64,000 nucleotides of DNA from Squalus acanthias (taxonomy: Eukaryota): the NCBI GenBank assembly GCA_030390025.1, contig CM059431.1, forward strand, positions 135,596,001-135,660,000. The letters run 5' to 3'. Positions 12,601-24,600 of this stretch are shown here, one piece after another. Under the pieces are notes generated by a model. That model saw only the letters and a list, made by a program, of their open reading frames with translations. It searched no databases and was not told the origin of the DNA. How positions within the stretch are numbered: the stretch's first letter is position 1; each line of letters opens with the position of its first letter. The position numbers and the translations under genes are program-made.

Positions 12601-15600
12601 TGTTTAAAGTACTCTGTCACTCTGGCTCTCCGCTCCCGTTCTGTTTAAAGTACTCTGTCACTCTGGCTCTCCGCTCCCGCTCTGTTTAAAGTAATCTGTC
12701 GCTCTGGCTCTCCGCTCCCGCTCTGTTTAAAGTACTCTGTCGCTCTGGCTCTGCGCTCCCACTCTGTTTAAAGTACTCTGTCACTCTGGCTCTCCGCTCC
12801 CGTTGTTTAAAGTACTCTGTCGCTCTGGCTCCCTGCTCTCGCTCTGCTAAAAGTACTCTGTCGTTCTGGCTCTCCGCTCCCGCTCTATTTAAAGTACTCT
12901 GTCGCTCTGGCACTCCACTCCCGTTGTTTAAAGTACTCTGTCGCTCTGGCTCCCTGCTCTCGCTCTGTTTAAAGTACTCTGTCGCTTTGGCTCTCTGCTC
13001 CCGCTCTGTTTAAAGTACTCTGCCACTCTGGCTCTCCACTCCCGCTCTGTTTACAGTACTCTGTCGCTCTGGCTCTCCGCTCCCGCTCTGTTTAAATTAC
13101 TCTGTCGCTCTGGCTCTCCGCTCCCGCTCTGTTTAAAGTACTCTGCCGCTCTGGCTCTCCACTCCCGCTCAGTTTAAATGCTCTGTCGCTCTTGCTCTCC
13201 GCTCCCGCTCTGTTTAAAGTACTCTGCCGCTCTGGCTCTCTGCTCCCCCTCTGTTTAAAGTACTCTGTTGCTCTGGCTCTCCGCTCCCGCTCTGTTAAGT
13301 ACGCTGTCGCTCTGGCTCTACTCTCCCGCTCTTTTTAAAGTACTCTGTCGCTCAGGCTCTCTGCTCCCGCTCTGTTTAAAGTACTCTGCCGCTCTGGCTC
13401 TCTGCTCCCCCTCTGTTTAAAGTACTCTGCCGCTCTGGCTCTCTGCTCCCCCTCTGTTTAAAGTACTCTGTTGCTCTGGCTCTCCGCTCCCGCTCTGTTA
13501 AGTACTCTGTCGCTCTGGCTCTACTCTCCCACTCTGTTTAAAGTACTCTGTCACTCTGGCTCTCCGCTCCCGCTCTGTTTAAAGTACTCTGTCACTCTGG
13601 CTCTCCGCTCCCCCTCTGTTTAAAGTACTCTGTCACTCTGGCTCTCCGCTCCCGCTCTGTTTAAAGTACTCTGCCGCTCTGGCTCTGCGCTCCCGCTCTG
13701 TTTAAAGTACTCTGTCACTCTGGCTCTCTGCTCCCGTTCTGTTTAAAGTACTCTGTCACTCTGGCTCTCCGCTCCCGCTCTGTTCAAAGTAATCTGTCGC
13801 TCTGGCTCTCCGCTCCCGCTCTGTTTAAAGTACTCTGTCGCTCTGGCTCTGCGCTCCCACTCTGTTTAAAGTACTCTGTCACTCTGGCTCTCCGCTCCCG
13901 TTGTTTAAAGTACTCTGTCGCTCTGGCTCCCTGCTCTCGCTCTGCTAAAAGTACTCTGTCGTTCTGGCTCTCCGCTCCCGCTCTATTTAAAGTACTCTGT
14001 CGCTCTGGCACTCCACTCCCGTTGTTTAAAGTACTCTGTCGCTCTGGCTCCCTGCTCTCGCTCTGTTTAAAGTACTCTGTCGCTTTGGCTCTCTGCTCCC
14101 GCTCTGTTTAAAGTGCTCTGCCACTCTGGCTCTCCACTCCCGCTCTGTTTACAGTACTCTGTCGCTCTGGCTCTCCGCTCCCGCTCTGTTTAAATTACTC
14201 TGTCGCTCTGGCTCTCCGCTCCCGCTCTGTTTAAATTACTCTGTCGCTCTGGCTCTCCGCTCCCGCTCTGTTTAAAGTACTCTTCCGCTCTGGCTCTCCA
14301 CGCCCGCTCAGTTTAAATGCTCTGTCGCTCTTGCTCTCCGCTCCCGCTCTGTTTAAAGTACTCTGTCGCTCTGGCTCTCTGCTCCCGCTCTGTTTAAATG
14401 CTCTGTCGCTCTTGCTCTCCGCTCCCGCTCTGTTTAAAGTACTCTGCCGCTCTGGCTCTCTGCTCCCCCTCTGTTTAAAGTACTCTGTTGCTCTGGCTCT
14501 CCGCTCCCGCTCTGTTAAGTACGCTGTCGCTCTGGCTCTACTCTCCCGCTCTTTTTAAAGTACTCTGTCGCTCAGGCTCTCTGCTCCCGCTCTGTTTAAA
14601 GTACTCTGCCGCTCTGGCTCTCTGCTCCCCCTCTGTTTAAAGTACTCTGCCGCTCTGGCTCTCTGCTCCCCCTCTGTTTAAAGTACTCTGTTGCTCTGGC
14701 TCTCCGCTCCCGCTCTGTTAAGTACTCTGTCGCTCTGGCTCTACTCTCCCACTCTGTTTAAAGTACTCTGTCACTCTGGCTCTCCGCTCCCGCTCTGTTT
14801 AAAGTACTCTGTCACTCTGGCTCTCCGCTCCCCATCTGTTTAAAGTACTCTGTCACTCTGGCTCTCCGCTCCCGCTCTGTTTAAAGTACTCTGCCGCTCT
14901 GGCTCTGCGCTCCCGCTCTGTTTAAAGTACTCTGTCACTCTGGCTCTCCGCTCCCGTTCTGTTTAAAGTACTCTGTCACTCTGGCTCTCCGCTCCCGCTC
15001 TGTTCAAAGTAATCTGTCGCTCTGGCTCTCCGCTCCCGCTCTGTTTAAAGTACTCTGTCGCTCTGGCTCTGCGCTCCCACTCTGTTTAAAGTACTCTGTC
15101 ACTCTGGCTCTCCGCTCCCGTTGTTTAAAGTACTCTGTCGCTCTGGCTCCCTGCTCTCGCTCTGCTAAAAGTACTCTGTCGTTCTGGCTCTCCGCTCCCG
15201 CTCTATTTAAAGTACTCTGTCGCTCTGGCACTCCACTCCCGTTGTTTAAAGTACTCTGTCGCTCTGGCTCCCTGCTCTCGCTCTGTTTAAAGTACTCTGT
15301 CGCTTTGGCTCTCTGCTCCCGCTCTGTTTAAAGTACTCTGCCACTCTGGCTCTCCACTCCCGCTCTGTTTACAGTACTCTGTCGCTCTGGCTCTCCGCTC
15401 CCGCTCTGTTTAAATTACTCTGTCGCTCTGGCTCTCCGCTCCCGCTCTGTTTAAAGTACTCTGCCGCTCTGGCTCTCCACTCCCGCTCAGTTTAAATGCT
15501 CTGTCGCTCTTGCTCTCCGCTCCCGCTCTGTTTAAAGTACTCTGTCGCTCTGGCTCTCTGCTCCCGCTCTGTTTAAATGCTCTGTCGCTCTTGCTCTCCG

Positions 15601-18600
15601 CTCCCGCTCTGTTTAAAGTACTCTGCCGCTCTGGCTCTCTGCTCCCCCTCTGTTTAAAGTACTCTGTTGCTCTGGCTCTCCGCTCCCGCTCTGTTAAGTA
15701 CTCTGTCGCTCTGGCTCTACTCTCCCGCTCTTTTTAAAGTACTCTGTCGCTCAGGCTCTCTGCTCCCGCTCTGTTTAAAGTACTCTGCCGCTCTGGCTCT
15801 CTGCTCCCCCTCTGTTTAAAGTACTCTGCCGCTCTGGCTCTCCGCTCCCGCTGTTTAAAGTACTCTGTTGCTTTGGCTCTCCGCTCCCGCTCTGTTAAGT
15901 ACTCTGTCGCTCTGGCTCTACTCTCCCGCTCTGTTTAAAGTACTCTGTCGCTCTGGCTCTCTGCTCCCGCTCTGTTTAAATACTCTTTCGCTCTGGCTCT
16001 CCGCTCCCGCTCTGTTTAAAGTACTCTGTCGCACTGGCTCTGCGCTCCCGCTGTTTAAAGTACTCTGTCGCTCTGGCTCTGCGGTCCCGCTGTTTAAAGT
16101 TCTCTGTCACTCTGGCTCTCCGCTCCTGCTCTGTTTAAAGTACTCTTTCGCTCTGGCTCTCCACTCCCACTCTGTTTAAAGTACTCTGTCACTCTGGCTC
16201 TCCACTCCCGCTCTGTTTAAAGTACTCTGTCACTCTGGCTCTCCGCTCCCCCTCTGTTTAAAGTACTCTGTCACTCTGGCTCTCCGCTCCCGCTCTATTT
16301 AAAGTACTCTGCCGCTCAAGCTCTGCGCTCCCACTCTGTTTAAAGTACTCTGTCACTCTGGCTCTCCGCTCCCGCTCTATTTAAAGTACTCTGCCGCTCA
16401 AGCTCTGCGCTCCCACTCTGTTTAAAGTACTCTGTCGCTCTGGCTCTCCGCTCCCGCTCTGTTTAAAGTACTCTGTCACTCTGGCACTCCGCTCCCGCTC
16501 TGTTTAAAGTACTCTGTCACTCTGGCTCTCCGCTCCCGCTCTGTTTGAAGTACTCTATCGCTCTGGCTCTCCGCTCCCGCTCTGTTTAAAGTACTCTGTC
16601 GCTCTGGCTCTGCGCTCCCACTCTGTTTAAAGTACTCTGTCACTCTGGCTCCCTGCTCTCGCTCTGTTTAAAGTACTCTGTCGTTCTGGCTCTCCGCTCC
16701 CGCTCTATTTAAAGTACTCTGTCGCTCTGGCTCTCCGCTCCCGTTGTTTAAAGTACTCTGTTGCTCTGGCTCCCTGCTCTCACTCTGTTTAAAGTACTCT
16801 GTCGCTTTGGCTCTCTGCTCCCGCTCTGTTTAAAGTGCTCTGCCGCTCTGGCTCTCTGCTCCCCCTCTGTTTAAAGTACTCTGCCGCTCTGGCTCTCCGC
16901 TCCCGTTGTTTAAAGTACTCTGTTGCTCTGGCTCCCTGCTCTCACTCTGTTTAAAGTACTCTGTCGCTTTGGCTCTCTGCTCCCGCTCTGTTTAAAGTGC
17001 TCTGCCACTCTGGCTTTCCACTCCCGCTCTGTTTACAGTACTCTGTCGCTCTGGCTCTCCGCTCCCGCTCTGTTTAAATTACTCTGTCGCTCTGGCTCTC
17101 CGCTCCCGCTCTGTTTAAAGTACTCTGCCGCTCTGGCTCTCCGCTCCCGCTCAGTTTAAGTGCTCTGTCGCTCTGGCTCTCCGCTCCCGCTCTGTTTAAA
17201 GTACTCTGTCGCTCTGGCTCTCTGCTCCCGCTCTGTTTAAATGCTCTGTCGCTCTTGCTCTCCGCTCCCGCTCTGTTTAAAGTACTCTGCCGCTCTGGCT
17301 CTCTGCTCCCCCTCTGTTTAAAGTACTCTGCCGCTCTGGCTCTCCGCTCCCGTTGTTTAAAGTACTCTGTCGCTCTGGCTCTCTGCTCCCGCTCTGTTTA
17401 AATGCTCTGTCGCTCTTGCTCTCCGCTCCCGCTCTGTTTAAAGTACTGTGCCGCTCTGGCTCTCCGCTCCCGCTCTGATTAAAGTACTCTGTCCCTCTTG
17501 CTCTCCGCTCCCGCTCTGTTTAAAGTACTCTGTCGCTCTGGCTCTCCGCTCCCGTGCTGTTTAAAGTACTCTGCCACTCTGGCTCTCCGCTCTCGCTCTG
17601 TTTAAATTACTCTGTCGCTCTGGCTCTGCGCTCCCACTCTGTTTAAAGTACTCTGTCACTCTGGCTCTCTGCTCCCGCTCTGTTTAAAGTACTCTTTCGC
17701 ATTGGCTCTGCTCTCCCGCTCTGTATAAAGCACTCTGTCACTCTGGCTCTCCGTTTCCGCTGTTTAAAGTACTCTGTCGCTCTGGCTCTCAGCTCCCGCT
17801 CTGTTTAAAGTGCTCTGTCACTCTGGCTCTCCGCTCCCGCTGTTTAAAGTACTCTGTCGCTCTGCCTCTCCGCTCCCGCTGTTTAAATACTCTGTCGCTC
17901 TGGCTCTCCGCTCCCGCTGTTTAAAGTACTCTGTCACTCTGGCTCTCCGCTCCCGCTCTGTTTAAAGTACTCTGTCACTCTGGCTCTCAGCTCCCGCTCT
18001 GTTTAAAGTACTCTGTCGCTCTGGCTCTCCGCTCCCGCTCTGTTTAAAGTACTCTGTCACTCTGGCTCTCAGCTCCCGCTCTGTTTAAAGTACTCTGCTG
18101 CTCTGGCTCTCCGCTCCCGCTGTTTAAAGTACTCTGTTGCTCTGGCTCTCCACTCCCGCTGTTTAAAGTACTCTGACGCTCTGGCTCTCCACTCCCGCTG
18201 TTCAAAGTACTCTGCAGCTCTGTCTCTCCGTTCCCGCTGTTTAAAGTACTCTGACGCTCTGGCTCTCCGCTCCCGCTCTGTTTAAAGTACTCTGCAGCTC
18301 TCGATCTCCGCTCCCGCTGTTTAAAGTACTCTGCCGCTCTAGCTCTCCGCTCCCACTCTGTTTAAAGTACTCTGTTGCTCTGGCTCTCCGCTCCCGTTGT
18401 TTAAAGTACTCTGTCGCTCTGGCTCTCCGCTCCCGTTGTTTAAAGTACTCTGTTGCTCTGGCTCTCTGCTCCCGATCTGTTTAAAGTACTCTGTCGCTCT
18501 GGCTCTCCGCTCCCGCTCTGTTTAAAGTACTCTGTCACTCTGGCTCTCCTCTCCCGCTGTTTAAAGTACTCTGTCGCTCTGGCTCTGCGCTCCCGCTCTG

Positions 18601-21600
18601 TTTAAATACTCTTTCGCTCTGGCTCTCCGCTCCCGCTCTGTTTAAAGTACTCTGCCGCTCTGGCTCTCCACTCCCGCTCTGTTTAAATGCTCTGTCGCTC
18701 TTGCTCTCCGCTCCCGCTCTGTTTAAAGTACTCTGTCGCTCTGGCTCTCTGCTCCCGCTCTGTTTAAATGCTCTGTCGCTCTTGCTCTCCGCTCCCGCTC
18801 TGTTTAAAGTACTCTGCCGCTCTGGCTCTCTGCTCCCCCTCTGTTTAAAGTACTCTGTCGCTCTGGCTCTCCGCTCCCGCTCTGTTAAGTACTCTGTCGC
18901 TCTGGCTCTACGCTCCCGCTCTGTTTAAAGTACTCTGTCGCTCTGGCTCTCTGCTCCCGCTCTGTTTAAAGTACTCTGCCGCTCTGGCTCTCTGCTCCCG
19001 CTCTGTTTAAAGTACTCTGCGCTCTGGCTCTCCGCTCCCCCTCTGTTTAAAGTACTCTGTCGCTCTGGCTCTCCGCTCCCGCTCTGTTTAAAGTACTCTG
19101 TCGCTCTGGCTCTGCTCTCCACTCTGTTTAAAGTACTCTGTCACTCTGGCTCTCCGCTCCCGCTCTGTTTTGTCGCTCTGGCTCTCCGCTCCCGCTCTGT
19201 TTAAAGTACTCTGTCACTCTGGCTCTCCGCTCCCGCTCTGTTTAAAGTACTCTGTCGCTCTGGCTCTCCGCTCCCGCTCTGTTTAAAGTACTCTGTCGCT
19301 CTGGCTCTCGCTCCCGCTCTGTTTAAAGTACTCTGTCGCTCTGGCTCTCCTCTCCCGCTCTGTTTAAAGTACTCTGTCGCTCTGGCTCTCGCTCCCGCTC
19401 TGTTTAAAGTACTCTGTCGCTCTGGCTCTCCGCTCCCGCTCTGTTTAAAGTACTCTGTCGCTCTGGCTCTCCGCTCCCGCTCTGTTTAAAGTACTCTGTC
19501 GCTCTGGCTCTCCGCTCCCGCTCTGTTTAAAGTACTCTGTCGCTCTGGCTCTCTGCTCCCGCTCTGTTTAAAGTACTCTGTCGCTCTGGCTCTCCGCTCC
19601 CGCTCTGTTTAAAGTACTCTGTCGCTCTGGCTCTCCGCTCCCGCTCTGTTTAAAGTACTCTGTCGCTCTGGCTCTCCGCTCCCGCTCTGTTTAAAGTACT
19701 CTGTCGCTCTGGCTCTCGCTCCCGCTCTGTTTAAAGTACTCTGTCGCTCTGGCTCTCCGCTCCCGCTCTGTTTAAAGTACTCTGTCGCTCTGGCTCTCCG
19801 CTCCCGCTCTGTTTAAAGTACTCTGTCGCTCTGGCTCTCCGCTCCCGCTCTGTTTAAAGTACTCTGTCGCTCTGGCTCTCCGCTCCCGCTCTGTTTAAAG
19901 TACTCTGTCGCTCTGGCTCTCCGCTCCGCTCTGTTTAAAGTACTCTGTCGCTCTGGCTCTCCGCTCCCGCTCTGTTTAAAGTACTCTGTCGCTCTGGCTC
20001 TCTGCTCCCGCTCTGTTTAAAGTACTCTGTCGCTCTGGCTCTCCGCTCCCGCTCTGTTTAAAGTACTCTGTCGCTCTGGCTCTCCTGCTCCCGCTCTGTT
20101 TAAAGTACTCTGTCGCTCTGGCTCTCGCTCCCGCTCTGTTTAAAGTACTCTGTCGCTCTGGCTCTCCGCTCCCGCTCTGTTTAAAGTACTCTGTCGCTCT
20201 GGCTCTCCGCTCCCGCTCTGTTTAAAGTACTCTGTCGCTCTGGCTCTCCGCTCCCGCTCTGTTTAAAGTACTCTGTCACTCTGGCTCTCCGCTCCCGCTC
20301 TGTTTAAAGTACTCTGTCGCTCTGGCTCTCCGCTCCCGCTCTGTTTAAAGTACTCTGTCGCTCTGGCTCTCCTGCTCCCGCTCTGTTTAAAGTACTCTGT
20401 CGCTCTGGCTCTCCGCTCCCGCTCTGTTTAAAGTACTCTGTCGCTCTGGCTCTCCGCTCCCGCTCTGTTTAAAGTACTCTGTCGCTCTGGCTCTCCGCTC
20501 CCGCTCTGTTTAAAGTACTCTGTCGCTCTGGCTCTCCGCTCCCGCTCTGTTTAAAGTACTCTGTCGCTCTGGCTCTCCGCTCCCGCTCTGTTTAAAGTAC
20601 TCTGTCGCTCTGGCTCTCCGCTCCCGCTCTGTTTAAAGTACTCTGTCGCTCTGGCTCTCCGCTCCCGCTCTGTTTAAAGTACTCTGTCGCTCTGGCTCTC
20701 CGCTCCCGCTCTGTTTAAAGTACTCTGTCGCTCTGGCTCTCCGCTCCCGCTCTGTTTAAAGTACTCTGTCGCTCTGGCTCTCCGCTCCCGCTCTGTTTAA
20801 AGTACTCTGTCGCTCTGGCTCTCCGCTCCCGCTCTGTTTAAAGTACTCTGTCGCTCTGGCTCTCCGCTCCCGCTCTGTTTAAAGTACTCTGTCGCTCTGG
20901 CTCTCCGCTCCCGCTCTGTTTAAAGTACTCTGTCACTCTGGCTCTCCGCTCCGCTCTGTTTAAAGTACTCTGTCGCTCTGGCTCTCCACTCCCGCTCTGT
21001 TTAAAGTACTCTGTCGCTCTGGCTCTCCGCTCCCGTTGTTTAAAGTACTCTGTCGCTCTGGCTCTCCGCTCCCGCTCTGTTTAAAGTACTCTGTCGCTCT
21101 GGCTCTCCGCTCCCGCTCTGTTTAAAGTACTCTGTCGCTCTGGCTCTCCTGCTCCCGCTCTGTTTAAAGTACTCTGTCGCTCTGGCTCTCCGCTCCCGCT
21201 CTGTTTAAAGTACTCTGTCGCTCTGGCTCTCCGCTCCCGCTCTGTTTAAAGTACTCTGTCACTCTGGCTCTCCGCTCCCGCTCTGTTTAAAGTACTCTGT
21301 CGCTCTGGCTCTCCGCTCCCGCTCTGTTTAAAGTACTCTGTCGCTCTGGCTCTCCGCTCCCGCTCTGTTTAAAGTACTCTGTCGCTCTGGCTCTCCGCTC
21401 CCGCTCTGTTTAAAGTACTCTGTCGCTCTGGCTCTCGCTCCCGCTCTGTTTAAAGTACTCTGTCGCTCTGGCTCTCCGCTCCCGCTCTGTTTAAAGTACT
21501 CTGTCGCTCTGGCTCTCCGCTCCCGCTCTGTTTAAAGTACTCTGTCGCTCTGGCTCTCCGCTCCCGCTCTGTTTAAAGTACTCTGTCGCTCTGGCTCTCC

Positions 21601-24600
21601 GCTCCCGCTCTGTTTAAAGTACTCTGTCGCTCTGGCTCTCCGCTCCCGCTCTGTTTAAAGTACTCTGTCGCTCTGGCTCTCTGCTCCCGCTCTGTTTAAA
21701 GTACTCTGTCGCTCTGGCTCTCGCTCCCGCTCTGTTTAAAGTACTCTGTCGCTCTGGCTCTCCGCTCCCGCTCTGTTTAAAGTACTCTGTCGCTCTGGCT
21801 CTCGCTCCCGCTCTGTTTAAAGTACTCTGTCGCTCTGGCTCTCGCTCCCGCTCTGTTTAAAGTACTCTGTCGCTCTGGCTCTCGCTCCCGCTCTGTTTAA
21901 AGTACTCTGTCGCTCTGGCTCTCGACTCCCGCTCTGTTTAAAGTACTCTGTCGCTCTGGCTCTCCGCTCCCGCTCTGTTTAAAGTACTCTGTCGCTCTGG
22001 CTCTCCTCTCCCGCTCTGTTTAAAGTACTCTGTCGCTCTGGCTCTCCGCTCCCGCTGTTTAAAGTACTCTGTCACTCTGGCTCTCCGCTCCCGCTCTGTT
22101 TAAAGTACTCTGTCGCTCTGGCTCTCCGCTCCCGCTCTGTTTAAAGTACTCTGTCGCTCTGGCTCTCCGCTCCCGCTCTGTTTAAAGTACTCTGTCGCTC
22201 TGGCTCTCCGCTCCCGCTCTGTTTAAAGTACTCTGTCGCTCTGGCTCTCCGCTCCCGCTCTGTTTAAAGTACTCTGTCGCTCTGGCTCTCCGCTCCCGCT
22301 CTGTTTAAAGTACTCTGTCGCTCTGGCTCTCCGCTCCCGCTCTGTTTAAAGTACTCTGTCGCTCTGGCTCTCCGCTCCCGCTCTGTTTAAAGTACTCTGT
22401 CGCTCTGGCTCTCCGCTCCCGCTCTGTTTAAAGTACTCTGTCGCTCTGGCTCTCCGCTCCCGCTCTGTTTAAAGTACTCTGTCGCTCTGGCTCTCCGCTC
22501 CCGCTCTGTTTAAAGTACTCTGTCGCTCTGGCTCTCCGCTCCCGCTCTGTTTAAAGTACTCTGTCGCTCTGGCTCTCCGCTCCCGCTCTGTTTAAAGTAC
22601 TCTGTCGCTCTGGCTCTCCGCTCCCGCTCTGTTTAAAGTACTCTGTCGCTCTGGCTCTCCGCTCCCGCTCTGTTTAAAGTACTCTGTCGCTCTGGCTCTC
22701 GCTCCCGCTCTGTTTAAAGTACTCTGTCGCTCTGGCTCTCCGCTCCCGCTCTGTTTAAAGTACTCTGTCGCTCTGGCTCTCCGCTCCCGCTCTGTTTAAA
22801 GTACTCTGTCGCTCTGGCTCTCCGCTCCCGCTCTGTTTAAAGTACTCTGTCGCTCTGGCTCTCCGCTCCCGCTCTGTTTAAAGTACTCTGTCGCTCTGGC
22901 TCTCGCTCCCGCTCTGTTTAAAGTACTCTGTCGCTCTGGCTCTCCGCTCCCGCTCTGTTTAAAGTACTCTGTCGCTCTGGCTCTCCGCTCCCGCTCTGTT
23001 TAAAGTACTCTGTCGCTCTGGCTCTCCGCTCCCGCTCTGTTTAAAGTACTCTGTCGCTCTGGCTCTCCGCTCCCGCTCTGTTTAAAGTACTCTGTCGCTC
23101 TGGCTCTCCGCTCCCGCTCTGTTTAAAGTACTCTGTCGCTCTGGCTCTCCGCTCCCGCTCTGTTTAAAGTACTCTGTCGCTCTGGCTCTCCGCTCCCGCT
23201 CTGTTTAAAGTACTCTGTCGCTCTGGCTCTCCGCTCCCGCTCTGTTTAAAGTACTCTGTCGCTCTTGCTCTCCGCTCCCGCTCTGTTTAAAGTACTCTGT
23301 CACTCTGGCTCTCAGCTCCCGCTCTGTTTAAAGTACTCTGTCGCTCTGGCTCTCGCTCCCCGCTGTTTAAAGTACTCTGTCACTCTGGCTCTCAGCTCCC
23401 GCTCTGTTTAAAGTACTCTGCCGCTCTGGCTCTCCGCTCCCGCTCTGTTTAAAGTACTCTGTCACTCTGGCTCTCCGCTCCCGCTCTGTTTAAAGTACTC
23501 TGTCGCTCTGGCTCTCCGCTCTCGCTCTGTTTAAAGTACTCTGTCGCTCTGGCTCTCCGCTCCCGCTCTGTTTAAAGTACTCTGTCGCTCTGGCTCTCCG
23601 CTCCGCTCTGTTTAAAGTACTCTGTCGCTCTGGCTCTCCGCTCCCGCTCTGTTTAAAGTACTCTGTCGCTCTGGCTCTGCGCTCCCGCTCTGTTTAAAGT
23701 ACTCTGTCGCTCTGGCTCTCAGCTCCCGCTCTGTTTAAAGTACTCTGTCGCTCTGGCTCTCCGCTCCCGCTCTGTTTAAAGTACTCTGTCGCTCTGGCTC
23801 TCCGCTCCCGCTCTGTTTAAAGTACTCTGTCGCTCTGGCTCTCCTGCTCCCGCTCTGTTTAAAGTACTCTGTCGCTCTGGCTCTCCGCTCCCGCTCTGTT
23901 TAAAGTACTCTGTCGCTCTGGCTCTCGCTCCCGCTCTGTTTAAAGTACTCTGTCGCTCTGGCTCTCCGCTCCCGCTCTGTTTAAAGTACTCTGTCGCTCT
24001 GGCTCTCTGCTCCCGCTCTGTTTAAAGTACTCTGTCGCTCTGGCTCTCGCTCCCGCTCTGTTTAAAGTACTCTGTCGCTCTGGCTCTCGCTCCCGCTCGT
24101 TTAAAGTACTCTGTCGCTCTGGCTCTCCGCTCCCGCTCTGTTTAAAGTACTCTGTCGCTCTGGCTCTCCGCTCCCGCTCTGTTTAAAGTACTCTGTCGCT
24201 CTGGCTCTCCGCTCCCGCTCTGTTTAAAGTACTCTGTCGCTCTGGCTCTCCGCTCCCGCTCTGTTTAAAGTACTCTGTCGCTCTGGCTCTCCGCTCCCGC
24301 TCTGTTTAAAGTACTCTGTCGCTCTGGCTCTCCGCTCCCGCTCTGTTTAAAGTACTCTGTCGCTCTGGCTCTCCGCTCCCGCTCTGTTTAAAGTACTCTG
24401 TCGCTCTGGCTCTCCGCTCCCGCTCTGTTTAAAGTACTCTGTCGCTCTGGCTCTCCGCTCCCGCTCTGTTTAAAGTACTCTGTCGCTCTGGCTCTCCGCT
24501 CCCGCTCTGTTTAAAGTACTCTGTCGCTCTGGCTCTCCGCTCCCGCTCTGTTTAAAGTACTCTGTCGCTCTGGCTCTCCGCTCCCGCTCTGTTTAAAGTA

